Notes under the pieces: generated by a model | Told to the model about the DNA's origin: nothing | What the model saw: only the letters and a program-made list of their open reading frames with translations | Databases searched by the model: none | Part shown: in pieces, positions 46,933 through 56,255 of the stretch | Numbering within the stretch: position 1 is the stretch's first letter | Layout of the letters: every line of letters begins with the position of its first letter | Position numbers and translations under genes: made by a program | Source of the DNA: a virus | Taxonomy: Duplodnaviria > Caudoviricetes | DNA length: 64,000 bases | IMG/VR virus record: IMGVR_UViG_3300034410_000474 | Location: 1-64,000 of that record | Strand: one strand, 5' to 3'

Positions 46933-48909
46933 TTAATTCAACGATTCCCACGCGAAACCAGTATATACTTCGAGCTTTTGGTTACTAGTATTCCAAAGAA
47001 CCATACCTGCCACTGCTGTAAGCGCGTTACGTTCAGTAGTTGTAAATTGACCAAACTGAACTGGTAATTCATCTACAATAACTGCTCTGTTAGTACCTTG
47101 GTTATCTGCAAAAACACTAATACCATAAGTACCAGCCGAAGCTCCGCTTACCATCAGGTCAATTCTATCTTCGTATGAATTATTTGTACCACCGACTCGT
47201 ATGGTAGATCTTGTTGTAGTTCCAGCAACGTAACTAATTTCCATTGGCACCGCGCCGTCAGTATTTTCAATTGCGTATCCAGCTGGATCTAAATCTGCAG
47301 AAAGAGTACTTAAATCTGCTGGTTCAAATGTAAATTCAGAAGTTACATCAGAATATGTTAACGTACCACCTGCGTTTGGAGAACCAGTAGTTACTGAGAA
47401 GTCAGAAGCAGAAATTCCGTTATCTGGTCCTTGAAGACCTTGAACAGATTGAATACCTTGGAAACCTTGAACACCTTGAGTAGCAATTGGACCGATTAGA
47501 CCTTGAGTACCTTGGAAACCTTCATTACCTTGAATACCTTGTGCACCAACTCCGTCAGTACCAGTCGCGCCTTGAAAACCACCTGCTCCTTGTAAACCAT
47601 TTGGCCCTGGAACAGCTTCACCTTGAATACCTTGTATGCTTAAACCTTGTGTACCCTGAACTCCTTGTGGTCCAATATCTCCAACTAAACCTTGAGCACC
47701 TGAACCTGTTAAACCCTGAACGCCCGGATCACCAATACCGGTAACACCTTGGATACCTTGAACAGAACCTGCTGGTCCTTGAACACCTTGAGGTCCATCT
47801 GGTCCATCTCCACCATCTCCACCAAGTAATCCTTGAATACCAGTTGTACCTTGGATGCCTTGAGCACCTTCGCCTTCAGGACCTTCTTCTCCAGGTCCAC
47901 CTTGAATACCCTGAATACCCTGCAATCCGAATCCTGCTGGACCGTCTGCACCTTGAACACCTTGAGCTCCTGCAGCGTCTGTACCTTGCATACCTTGGAA
48001 ACCAGGTTGTCCATCATTACCTAATGAACCTTGAACACCTTGTGTACCTTGGACTGTAGCACCCGCTGGAGCAGATGGTCCTTGGATACCTTGAGCACCA
48101 GATCCGCCATCGTTACCAGTAGTTCCTTGACTACCGTCTGCACCTTGAATACCTTGAGAACCAAAACCAGTTAAACCTCTTTCGCCTTGAAGGCCTTGAA
48201 CGCCTTGGTTACCAGCGCCTCCGCCACCTCCGCCTTCAGGTCCTTGAATACCTTGGTTACCAGATAATCCAATACCGTTTGTACCTTGAGCTCCAGTAAA
48301 ACCTTGAAGACCGTTTCCGCCAGTTTGACCAGTGAAACCTTGAACACCTTGTGCTCCGCCTCCACCACCACCGCCATCGGTAATTCCGTAACCTGCTAAT
48401 GTAGTTGGTGTATTTGTAATTGTGCTCCAATCTTGGTTATGTCCAGATGGAGGAAAAGATGATGGTACGCCAGTTAAACTTGAATATGCAAAATCTTGAG
48501 TAAGACCTGAAGCTGCAATTGTAATACTGTCGTTTGTTGAATTTGTTGTAAGAGTAATATTTGAACCAGCAATGAACTCTACGGTATCTGTTGCTGTATC
48601 TGCGGAAACACTTGCTTGACCTGAAACTGATAAAATACTGAAAGCGTTTTGGTTAACGTCACCGCCACCGCCTCCGCCGCCAGAACCTAGGTTACCCCAA
48701 GCACCGTTTTGATATCCTTCAAAGGAATTAAGACTTGTGTTGTATCTTAAGTAACCATCTGATGGTGAACCGTCTCTTGCGCTCGTATCGCCGGCTGGAA
48801 TTTGAATAGATCCTGTTGCACTTGTACGTGGAGCAATAGCATCAAAGTTATCGTCCATTTCGTCATAAGTTAAGGCTGAGCCTTTATCATTTCTTTTTGT
48901 AATTGACAT
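46933..48909 (-). CDS. Collagen-like (Gly-X-Gln rich) virion fibre protein
   Basis: N-terminal KGSALTYDEMDDNF; long G-X-Y repeats (QGIQG/QGVQG); C-terminal TTTER.AL...G....N......LEVY. Confidence 0.8.
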   Translation of the reverse strand: MSITKRNDKGSALTYDEMDDNFDAIAPRTSATGSIQIPAGDTSARDGSPSDGYLRYNTSLNSFEGYQNGAWGNLGSGGGGGGGDVNQNAFSILSVSGQASVSADTATDTVEFIAGSNITLTTNSTNDSITIAASGLTQDFAYSSLTGVPSSFPPSGHNQDWSTITNTPTTLAGYGITDGGGGGGGAQGVQGFTGQTGGNGLQGFTGAQGTNGIGLSGNQGIQGPEGGGGGGAGNQGVQGLQGERGLTGFGSQGIQGADGSQGTTGNDGGSGAQGIQGPSAPAGATVQGTQGVQGSLGNDGQPGFQGMQGTDAAGAQGVQGADGPAGFGLQGIQGIQGGPGEEGPEGEGAQGIQGTTGIQGLLGGDGGDGPDGPQGVQGPAGSVQGIQGVTGIGDPGVQGLTGSGAQGLVGDIGPQGVQGTQGLSIQGIQGEAVPGPNGLQGAGGFQGATGTDGVGAQGIQGNEGFQGTQGLIGPIATQGVQGFQGIQSVQGLQGPDNGISASDFSVTTGSPNAGGTLTYSDVTSEFTFEPADLSTLSADLDPAGYAIENTDGAVPMEISYVAGTTTRSTIRVGGTNNSYEDRIDLMVSGASAGTYGISVFADNQGTNRAVIVDELPVQFGQFTTTERNALTAVAGMVLWNTSNQKLEVYTGFAWESLN

Positions 48910-49334
48910 TACGTTGTTTCCCCTAGATCATTGTAGTATTGGCCCACGTACGAACTAAAACCACTGCTGATTGATGTATCTGTTAATTCTAAATAACCTT
49001 CTTGTACATATCCGGCAGCAGCATACAATCCACTGTCTGGATATTCTATATTTATATAACCGCTGACAACGTAATCTGGGAATGTATAAGCAAGGGTAAC
49101 TTGACCTGCTGGGCTTACATATCCTGGGTTATCTACAATATAGTCGTCTGCCATATAGGCAAAGAATTCTTTTTCTGTTGGTGTAAGTAAATAATCATCG
49201 ATAGTCTCACCTTCAGGTAATGGAGAAGGTGGAGTAAAATTATAAACTAAAGCGTTTAGCGCAGCTCGTGTTGGTGAACCTGGCGCTGAGTTTTCTATGT
49301 CAGCAAATATCTGCGCGTAGTTTAACTTAGGCAT
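48909..49334 (-). CDS. Putative virion protein
   Basis: Repeated Y...GYV motifs; TAATG-coupled to the fibre gene. Confidence 0.55.
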   Translation of the reverse strand: MPKLNYAQIFADIENSAPGSPTRAALNALVYNFTPPSPLPEGETIDDYLLTPTEKEFFAYMADDYIVDNPGYVSPAGQVTLAYTFPDYVVSGYINIEYPDSGLYAAAGYVQEGYLELTDTSISSGFSSYVGQYYNDLGETT

Positions 49335-49337
49335 TTC

Positions 49338-49634
49338 TTATTTCCAAGCAATAACGGTTGAAGATCCGCCGGCTGATACATTTGGTGGAAATGATCCGTG
49401 ACCACTTGTAGCATCAAACATTCTATGGACTGGAATACCTTGTGCAGTTACAAAGGCTGAACCGCCAACTGCAAAGTCGCCGCATGCAGTTGCTCCACCG
49501 ACAACAACTACAGGAATACCATTAGCTGTTACTCTTGAGTTGGGCGAAGCCACATATGGCGTTGCGTGAAATGGATTAGGTGTTGGACTTGCATGTCCAA
49601 AGTGTCTATCCACAAATAATCTTGTTACAAACAT
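49338..49634 (-). CDS. PAAR-domain baseplate spike tip (gp5.4-like)
   Basis: GHASP...GSP/SPN.V..NGIPV..VG..T.CG...GS..V..G.P.HR..D...GH. Confidence 0.85.
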   Translation of the reverse strand: MFVTRLFVDRHFGHASPTPNPFHATPYVASPNSRVTANGIPVVVVGGATACGDFAVGGSAFVTAQGIPVHRMFDATSGHGSFPPNVSAGGSSTVIAWK

Positions 49635-49653
49635 TTTTATATCCTATTAAAGT

Positions 49654-49677
49654 AAGAATGCCCCGAAGGGCATCCTT
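49654..49677 (-). terminator. UUCG hairpin between phoH and PAAR (weak U-tract)
   Basis: AAGGATGCCC-TTCG-GGGCATTCTT on the - strand. Confidence 0.55.
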
Positions 49678-49688
49678 GTTTTTGGCTG

Positions 49689-50441
49689 TTAAGCCGCGAC
49701 TTGTAATCTTTCCTTTGCTAATATATATTCTTTTACGAGTCCTGACCGAACGATATCATCCGGTGTAAACTGAATAGTGTCGAAGCTATCCACTCTTTTG
49801 ATAACGCGTAAAAATTCTTTAAGTCCGGAAACTTCTGCTCGATTCCTAGATGTCGCTAAGTCATCTTGCCTTGTGTCTCCGCAAAATACAATCTTGGACG
49901 ATTCTCCTACTCGTGTGATAATTGTATCTAATTCGTGGTATGTCATAGATTGACATTCGTCTACAATAATAATTGCGTTATCGAATGTTAATCCTCTGAC
50001 GAATGAGGACGTCATAAACTTAACCATGCCTTTTTGTTGAAGTATTTGATATGCATCTCCACGACCGAATAAGTCGTTGACGATATCTGAGTAGGGTACT
50101 GAATATAGTGCCTCTTTTTGCTCTTTGCTTCCTGGCATGAAGCCTTGTTCGCGTGTCTGAACTGCAGATCTAACTACGATGATTTGTTCATATCCTCCTT
50201 TCTTAAGTACGTCGTTCAGTGCTAAATACATAGCACACATCGTTTTACCTGTACCTGCTGTCCCGATGGCCGCGATATTGTATCCTGAATTATAAGATTT
50301 AAACATATCTCCCTGAGTTGGTGTTAATGGTTTAATTTGTCTCATACCAAAGTTTTGATTTAAGATACTTACCATGTGCTCCTGATCTCTTGATTGACGT
50401 TGTTTTTCTCTTCTGGATAATCTTCGCTGTTTAGCTGCCAT
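49689..50441 (-). CDS. phoH: PhoH-family ATPase
   Basis: GTAGTGKT, RSAV, GFMPG, RGLTF.NA.IIVDECQ, GD.RQ.D, DIVRSGLVK. Confidence 0.95.
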   Translation of the reverse strand: MAAKQRRLSRREKQRQSRDQEHMVSILNQNFGMRQIKPLTPTQGDMFKSYNSGYNIAAIGTAGTGKTMCAMYLALNDVLKKGGYEQIIVVRSAVQTREQGFMPGSKEQKEALYSVPYSDIVNDLFGRGDAYQILQQKGMVKFMTSSFVRGLTFDNAIIIVDECQSMTYHELDTIITRVGESSKIVFCGDTRQDDLATSRNRAEVSGLKEFLRVIKRVDSFDTIQFTPDDIVRSGLVKEYILAKERLQVAA

Positions 50442-50484
50442 TGAACTCTCCTAGTTGTTATAGGATACATCATTCAAATTCAAA

Positions 50485-50721
50485 TTACCAAGTATTGATG
50501 TTATTCCTTTTGTGGTGGTGTTTTACGTTTCTGAGAACATCACGAAATCCGTCATCAGGCTTTTTAAGCCCAAGACGGTGCGCATCTCCAAGTGATGGAG
50601 GGCGTACAATTCTTTGTGATAAGTGCGGGTTATCTAGCTTGAACTGATCAAGCTCTGCGATCTTCATTGTGACTTCAACAAGATCGTTAGTGTTAGTGTT
50701 TTCAAATGTATATGTAGGCAT
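50485..50721 (-). CDS. FmdB-like protein lacking the zinc-ribbon cysteines
   Basis: Start re-assigned to MPTYTFEN with GGAG SD; KPDDGFRDVL typical of T4-like phages. Confidence 0.65.
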   Translation of the reverse strand: MPTYTFENTNTNDLVEVTMKIAELDQFKLDNPHLSQRIVRPPSLGDAHRLGLKKPDDGFRDVLRNVKHHHKRNNINTW

Positions 50722-50743
50722 ACATTCTCCTATGTTATAATAT

Positions 50744-50776
50744 AAAAAAAGCCAACCCATAATACAAGGTTAGCTT
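50744..50776 (-). terminator. Intrinsic terminator in the late-operon leader
   Basis: AAGCTAACC-10 nt-GGTTGGCTT followed by a T-tract. Confidence 0.65.
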
Positions 50777-50811
50777 AACGAATTTTTATGTTAGGCTTGT
50801 ATTACTGATTA

Positions 50812-50819
50812 TATTTATA
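50812..50819 (-). promoter_or_regulatory. T4-type late promoter
   Basis: TATAAATA on the - strand, upstream of phoH/PAAR/collagen-like fibre. Confidence 0.7.
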
Positions 50820-50839
50820 ATCGAGCCAAGCTGGAAACC

Positions 50840-51439
50840 CTATTCTCCGGTGATTTTTTGATAAATTTCTTTCCAGTTTTTAGCTCGAGTTAGACCATCA
50901 TTCTTAGGATCACGATTAAAAGTGTGATCTACAAGGATTGAGTCTAGTCCAAGTTCGTTACCAAGCCATGCATTTTCTGGTTTATCTTCGATCCACCAAC
51001 ATCCACTACCACGATACTGTTCCAATGCATCATCTTTATCAGCACCTGTATCTAAGTAGACAAATGTATCGAAAACACTTGGTCCAAACATTTCGATTAG
51101 ATTTTTAGTACGTAAATGCTGAGCATAATAGTCGTTACTTAAAGAACTGATAACACGGAATACGTATCCATGTTCTTCGTGTAGCTTTTTAACGTACTTG
51201 ATAGTATCACGTAAAGGTGGTAAACAACGTATCCAAGCTGACTCGTTGAACATTCGAACTAGACGTTCTTTTTCAACTTCTTCTAGACCATAACGTATTG
51301 TAACGTCGTAGCTATTTTCGCCACCTTCGACTGTTTTATAGCCGTGTTTTTCCATCCATTGCGTAAATGAGAAGAGCCAATCAAGAAGGACTCCATCTAC
51401 GTCTGTTAAGATTACTTTTTCATTTAGATTCATATTCAT
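50840..51439 (-). CDS. HAD-family 5'(3')-deoxyribonucleotidase-like phosphatase
   Basis: DVDGVL, WIEDK..N. Confidence 0.8.
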   Translation of the reverse strand: MNMNLNEKVILTDVDGVLLDWLFSFTQWMEKHGYKTVEGGENSYDVTIRYGLEEVEKERLVRMFNESAWIRCLPPLRDTIKYVKKLHEEHGYVFRVISSLSNDYYAQHLRTKNLIEMFGPSVFDTFVYLDTGADKDDALEQYRGSGCWWIEDKPENAWLGNELGLDSILVDHTFNRDPKNDGLTRAKNWKEIYQKITGE

Positions 51440-51468
51440 ACTTTCTGTTTAATTTAATTTATATTACT

Positions 51469-51497
51469 ATTATAACAAAAAAGGGATTGAATGTCAA
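51469..51497 (-). promoter_or_regulatory. Early sigma70-type promoter
   Basis: TTGACA-17-TATAAT. Confidence 0.8.
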
Positions 51498-51526
51498 CCC
51501 CTTTTTCACTTTAATTTGAAATTAAA

Positions 51527-51889
51527 TTATGAAGCGAACTTCATTTTAGCTTGAGTTGGCGAACATTTGTAACGCTTTCCTGTAGTACCGCATGTGTACT
51601 GGTAAGGATAAGCTTTTGCTCTTGAGTTATAACCAGTTAAGGTATCACCATTCGAGTTAGTCATTTTAAGACCAGCTGATTTTGCCATAGCTTCAAGCAT
51701 CATATCAGACCTAGTAACACCACCTTTGATTTTAGCTTCTACCTTGATAGTAACTTCAGCATCTGAGAACCGCATGTTACCAACGTTAATATCCAAGTTA
51801 GCTTTAACAGCGTACTTGTTCATTACTTCTTGCATTTCTGAACGAAGAGCTTTAAGAGTAGATTTGTCAAATTTAGCATATTTAGTCAT
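51527..51889 (-). CDS. Hypothetical basic protein
   Basis: LTGYNSRAKAYPY; has its own promoter. Confidence 0.7.
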   Translation of the reverse strand: MTKYAKFDKSTLKALRSEMQEVMNKYAVKANLDINVGNMRFSDAEVTIKVEAKIKGGVTRSDMMLEAMAKSAGLKMTNSNGDTLTGYNSRAKAYPYQYTCGTTGKRYKCSPTQAKMKFAS

Positions 51890-51921
51890 AGTATATTTCC
51901 TTTTTGATTGATTATGTATAC

Positions 51922-51950
51922 ATTATAAACTAGTTCGAAGCGATTGTCAA
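51922..51950 (-). promoter_or_regulatory. Early sigma70-type promoter
   Basis: TTGACA-17-TATAAT. Confidence 0.8.
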
Positions 51951-52021
51951 CTGTTATTTCACTTTTATTTGAAATTAATTTGAATCGTTTCTAGTAGTCC
52001 TTTTCCTCATTTGTTATATAC

Positions 52022-52050
52022 ATTATAAGTCATTTAAAAGGAAATGTCAA
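52022..52050 (-). promoter_or_regulatory. Early sigma70-type promoter (tandem; no dedicated gene)
   Basis: TTGACA-17-TATAAT. Confidence 0.75.
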
Positions 52051-52074
52051 CTGTTTATTTCACTTTAAAGTGAA

Positions 52075-52272
52075 TTATTTTGACTTTTTTGGCTTTCTTT
52101 TGATGTTATTGTTGTCATCATACCAACGATCTGAGAACTTTTGACGACGAGCCTCTTTTACTGCTCGCTGCTTGCCACTTTTGTTCTTACCATTCGTTTT
52201 GTAATCTTCGTCAGTACCCCACTCATCATCTTCCCAAGCGTCGCGGAATTTCTTGATGCGCTTCTTACTCAT
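52075..52272 (-). CDS. Small basic protein
   Basis: K/R-rich 65-aa ORF. Confidence 0.6.
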   Translation of the reverse strand: MSKKRIKKFRDAWEDDEWGTDEDYKTNGKNKSGKQRAVKEARRQKFSDRWYDDNNNIKRKPKKSK

Positions 52273-52289
52273 GTTGATTTACCCTTATA

Positions 52290-52715
52290 TCATTCTTTTA
52301 TTAAGTTTGGAAATGCTTCTGTTATAACTTTCTTAGATAACCCTTTAAATGGCTTCTTAGATATCATCTGAACCAGCGTTTTAGCATCGTCATTGTCTAC
52401 ATCTTCTAATAAACTAATGAATAGCTGCTCACGCTTAATTTGCTTCAAATTATCATATCCGCCACCTTCAACAAAAATTCTTAGACGACGAGCCTCTGAA
52501 TATAACAGTGCTTTTGCTTCGTCTTCATATTCATTTTCATTCCACGGTGGTGGAGTATCAGGTACTAAGAATTTAATATTACTGTCATATGTATAAGATA
52601 TGATAGTTCTCAAAGGCTGATTGTCATGCTTTTGAAGGAATGCTACCTTCGCCTTAGCTGATTTCTCTGCACCTGCTCCAGCGAGTATTTCGCTGATTGA
52701 TATTCGTACCGCCAT
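52290..52715 (-). CDS. Conserved T4-like hypothetical protein adjacent to rnh
   Basis: K...L.K.D...LR.I....YD..IKF..P...PP; KRE.LFI.LLE. Confidence 0.7.
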   Translation of the reverse strand: MAVRISISEILAGAGAEKSAKAKVAFLQKHDNQPLRTIISYTYDSNIKFLVPDTPPPWNENEYEDEAKALLYSEARRLRIFVEGGGYDNLKQIKREQLFISLLEDVDNDDAKTLVQMISKKPFKGLSKKVITEAFPNLIKE

Positions 52716-52716
52716 G

Positions 52717-53577
52717 TTAAAAGTCCTGTATGTCTGTGATCAAGTGCTTTAATTTCTTTTCTACAAAGAAGTTGAATAGGCGTTCCCTGCCAACACTTGA
52801 TTCTTTATTATATGATTCAAGAACTAAATCTTGATACTTTTGTGGAATCTGAGAAAGGTCGATCATCATTTTATTACGATGGAATCGACGAAGAGTTTCT
52901 TCATCCATAACCTCTGGGCCTTGTGAATAAAGTGCTAGACGCTTTTTAGTCATAGGACTTTGACGTTCACCAACAGCCAAGCAATTATCTGGGGATAAGA
53001 TGTTTGGAACACCATCACCGGTATCACCCTTTAGAATATGCTCATTGAGATAGTTAACGGGCTGATCATTACGAATCCAGCGTTTGCGGATAGGATCATA
53101 CTGATCGACGTTAGCATATTTTTGCAACTGGATAAAATCCTTATCAGCTGAAAGAATCAAGAACTTTTCAGAACCAATGTTCAATTCAGATCCATATTCA
53201 TTAATAACTGCACCGATAATATCGTCAGCTTCACAATGTTCAATATGGATTACTTTATAAGGAAAGTACTCATCCATTTCAGAACGCACGTTATTCATAA
53301 TTTGAAATAGTGCATTCCAATCCATGCCTGATTTATCCCTACCAGCTTTACGATTTGCCTTGTAGTAAGGATATGCCTCTTTGCGCCACGTATTTTTACC
53401 GTCGCAACAAACTACGATTTCACCATACTCTTCTGAGAATTTTTTACGGTTTGATCGTATTGAGTTTAAAAACATGTGGCGAATGATATTTTCATCTGCT
53501 GCCACATCTGTGTGGTTACCAATGCTTGCAAACAGCGAAGCCAGGATAACCTGATTGTAGTCTACTAATATAGCCAT
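52717..53577 (-). CDS. rnh: T4-type RNase H / 5'-3' flap exonuclease
   Basis: YPYYKANRK, EADDIIG, SADKDFIQL, GD.GDGVPNI. Confidence 0.92.
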   Translation of the reverse strand: MAILVDYNQVILASLFASIGNHTDVAADENIIRHMFLNSIRSNRKKFSEEYGEIVVCCDGKNTWRKEAYPYYKANRKAGRDKSGMDWNALFQIMNNVRSEMDEYFPYKVIHIEHCEADDIIGAVINEYGSELNIGSEKFLILSADKDFIQLQKYANVDQYDPIRKRWIRNDQPVNYLNEHILKGDTGDGVPNILSPDNCLAVGERQSPMTKKRLALYSQGPEVMDEETLRRFHRNKMMIDLSQIPQKYQDLVLESYNKESSVGRERLFNFFVEKKLKHLITDIQDF

Positions 53578-53611
53578 AATATTTTCCGTTTTAATTTAAT
53601 CTACATAATCT

Positions 53612-53640
53612 ATAATAAACTATGTAGATGTAATTGTCAA
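53612..53640 (-). promoter_or_regulatory. Sigma70-type promoter
   Basis: TTGACA-17-TATTAT. Confidence 0.65.
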
Positions 53641-54602
53641 CCCTTATTTTCAGCGACAGCCTTTTCTCTTAGGAGTTTAGTCCATAGATGACCGAAGGTG
53701 TCGATGTCGTTAGGGACAAGACCAAATTTGTCTGATCTTGTAAACCGGTTAAAGAATTGAGGATCGTTCTTCTGAGCCTCGAGTATACTTTTACCGACTG
53801 CATAAGCCATTGAAGCATGAGCTGTTGGATCTTCGGTATAGTCATACATAATTGTAGCATTACTTGCTGTTTCAGCGAGTGCGCCATAATTTGGATGAAT
53901 ACATATCAATCCAGATCGTATTGCTTCAATCAACGCGATACACGATGTTTCTTTCCATATGTTAGGATATAAGAATACGTGCGAGTTATCTAATGCTTTA
54001 AGTACCTGATCGTTAGGAACAGAACCGTGATACGTCATCTTTGGATGATTGTGTATCTCTGTAAACAATTTAACGTATGGATCGTCTCTTTGAGGCCAAC
54101 CATAGATAGCAAATGATGAATACACGTCGAGATGAATATTATCATATTCTTTTGTGAGTGCGTCAAATGCTGGTACTAAAAGTTCTAAACCACGATGTGG
54201 AGTAGTGTGATAGATAAATCTAATTGTTTCCGTATTCTTTTCTTCTGCTTCATAACGCTTTTCAATAGCATTAGGAATAACCGAACATTTAGAATATGGA
54301 ATTTGAAAGTACGTAATGTACTGATCACGTTGCCATGCTGTAACAAAAACAAAGTGATCGAATTTCTTCCATCCACCGTCTTGTAAGATCGCATTTTCAG
54401 GATCTTCAGCAAGGTCGTGACAATACATTATATTAAGAACGTCTTCAGGAATATCCCTTGGACGCGAAAAATGAATTGCAAACCCATTTAGCAATTCTGG
54501 TTGAACGGTGTCGAGAAGACGCTTTCGCATCATCTCGGTACCACCCTTTGAATTTTTAGATAGTTCGGTCTCTACGACGTCACCATTGTAAATCATGCTC
54601 AT
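53637..54602 (-). CDS. GT-B glycosyltransferase (GT4-like)
   Basis: GGTE, HDL..D, Y.TTP.RGL, YP....ETSCI.LIEA...G. Confidence 0.85.
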   Translation of the reverse strand: MSMIYNGDVVETELSKNSKGGTEMMRKRLLDTVQPELLNGFAIHFSRPRDIPEDVLNIMYCHDLAEDPENAILQDGGWKKFDHFVFVTAWQRDQYITYFQIPYSKCSVIPNAIEKRYEAEEKNTETIRFIYHTTPHRGLELLVPAFDALTKEYDNIHLDVYSSFAIYGWPQRDDPYVKLFTEIHNHPKMTYHGSVPNDQVLKALDNSHVFLYPNIWKETSCIALIEAIRSGLICIHPNYGALAETASNATIMYDYTEDPTAHASMAYAVGKSILEAQKNDPQFFNRFTRSDKFGLVPNDIDTFGHLWTKLLREKAVAENKG

Positions 54603-54605
54603 TTA

Positions 54606-54872
54606 TTACTCCACTTGAAAGCTTTTCAAAGAGTCCCAGCGGAATGAGCGCCATCCAGGTGCATTTACATCATACACAGCTAGAACACTTGGGTTAGGTT
54701 TTTTAGGTGCCGGTGGCGTTTCACCTTCGGCAAGTACTTTTTCTACTACTGCTGGCAGAAGATCTGCTTTAAGTGTAGCCTGCATTACACGCTCATCGCC
54801 ATTTACTTTTGTAAAGGTAATTGAACAAACTCCGTTATGGAGGGCAGTTTTGATTTCATCTTGATTTAACAT
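54606..54872 (-). CDS. WYL-like / SH3-fold small protein
   Basis: V..ITFTK.NG.ER.M.ATL; V.D....GWRSFRWD. Confidence 0.7.
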   Translation of the reverse strand: MLNQDEIKTALHNGVCSITFTKVNGDERVMQATLKADLLPAVVEKVLAEGETPPAPKKPNPSVLAVYDVNAPGWRSFRWDSLKSFQVE

Positions 54873-54882
54873 AGTATAGCTC

Positions 54883-55509
54883 CTATTTCACATTAATATT
54901 TATTTCATTTTCATAGATCTCTTCTAGAGCTTCATTGAAGTCTTTAAGAGTTGAGTTATTGTGTACTCTATATGATATTACATCAAACTTATGAGGAAGT
55001 ACATACTTTTTTTCAACTTGTGTTGGTTTATTTAGTATATATTCTTTAGTTATGTTACCATCAAAGTATCTACGAGAGTCAGACGAGAAGTCGTGACCTT
55101 CACGGGTAAGTTGTACTAGGCGAAAGTTTTTATTGCCAACTTTTTCAACTACCGGTAATAACTCATCGATAAAGCCGCCATCAGAAATTGCATAGTCTTT
55201 CGATAAATCAATTTCATCTGCTACGAGTTTACCAAAGTAATCTAAACCCATACGAGGTTTGATCTTTTCTTCTGAAACATAGATCATTGCCTCGCGACAG
55301 GACATGTTTCCAAGCCAATACGTTGGAACTTCTTTTAAAGAACGATCATTATATCGTTCCATAAACCATTCCGATCCAACATTAAAGTACTTAATTGTTT
55401 CTTTAAATAGCTGATACTTGAACGAAAGGTGTTTATATCCTTTAGCTTTAAAGTAATCAGCAGCGTGGTCTTTTCCACAGGCCGGTGGCCCATTAAACAG
55501 TACAATCAA
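54883..55509 (-). CDS. Deoxynucleoside monophosphate kinase (gp1-like)
   Basis: NGPPACGKD, R.AMI..SE...KP..G..YFG, ISDGGF..E. Confidence 0.75.
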   Translation of the reverse strand: MIVLFNGPPACGKDHAADYFKAKGYKHLSFKYQLFKETIKYFNVGSEWFMERYNDRSLKEVPTYWLGNMSCREAMIYVSEEKIKPRMGLDYFGKLVADEIDLSKDYAISDGGFIDELLPVVEKVGNKNFRLVQLTREGHDFSSDSRRYFDGNITKEYILNKPTQVEKKYVLPHKFDVISYRVHNNSTLKDFNEALEEIYENEININVK

Positions 55510-55511
55510 AC

Positions 55512-55757
55512 TTAGGCTCCAAACTTATCATTAACTATTGCTTGCAATTCAGTTGAAAAAGCATTTTTGAGCTCAGAGTCAGTTATACCAACCATAATAA
55601 AGTCTCGATCAGAGGAGGTTAGATAAGGCATAGCATCAGCCATAGAACATGCACCACTTTCATATAGTGCTAGATCTTTTGGATCAACTGAAATGTTTCT
55701 TGTACGGGATTTACCGGTAAGAACGCTTTTACGAGTTACAATCATAATATTCTCCAT
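55512..55757 (-). CDS. Conserved phage hypothetical protein
   Basis: RKS.LTGK.R....; AMPYL...DR.FI..G.T. Confidence 0.7.
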   Translation of the reverse strand: MENIMIVTRKSVLTGKSRTRNISVDPKDLALYESGACSMADAMPYLTSSDRDFIMVGITDSELKNAFSTELQAIVNDKFGA

Positions 55758-55783
55758 TGAAAGATAATAAATTTATATTATCT

Positions 55784-55812
55784 AATATAACATACATTCA
55801 GCAAAATGTCAA
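55784..55812 (-). promoter_or_regulatory. Sigma70-type promoter
   Basis: TTGACA-17-TATATT. Confidence 0.65.
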
Positions 55813-55815
55813 CTG

Positions 55816-56226
55816 TTATTTTAAACTTTTTACGTGGTTCCTATGTATTTTACATTGGATGATACCGTTGTAATAGTCGTCTCTTAACAAAACATCGTGC
55901 TCAAATTGATACTTGGCTTCTAAATAACCAAGTTCACCTTTACTTTTACATAAGGTTAAGATTTCACGGTGAAAATTATCTGCACCTTTTTCCTCAACCA
56001 TCAATTTAACTTCTTCAGAAGACCCATAGTATTTTTGCCAATCGGTTTCTTTTACTACAGTTCTTCGTCTTTTCTTACCTTTAAGCGGTGGTAACTTTCT
56101 TTTTGATGTAAGTAATTTCTTACCCACATATTTCATGTCGTTTGATCGATCAGTGATAAGGTAAACAAACCCTACCCAATCTTCAATCATTTCAGAGGTG
56201 AATTCCTCACCTTGGTACAACCACAT
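55816..56226 (-). CDS. GIY-YIG-fold nuclease-like protein
   Basis: GFVY-9aa-YVG, Y.GSS, E...Q, YYN. Confidence 0.65.
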   Translation of the reverse strand: MWLYQGEEFTSEMIEDWVGFVYLITDRSNDMKYVGKKLLTSKRKLPPLKGKKRRRTVVKETDWQKYYGSSEEVKLMVEEKGADNFHREILTLCKSKGELGYLEAKYQFEHDVLLRDDYYNGIIQCKIHRNHVKSLK

Positions 56227-56255
56227 AGCAACTCCATAGTTTATTCATATAGAGT

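Noticed and set aside
47487-48377. Alternative-frame ORFs in the collagen-like gene
   Set aside because: Produced by the triplet-repeat periodicity.
50733-50741. TGtTATAAT on the + strand as an antisense promoter
   Set aside because: No -35 match, and the AT-rich context makes chance occurrence likely; not supportable.
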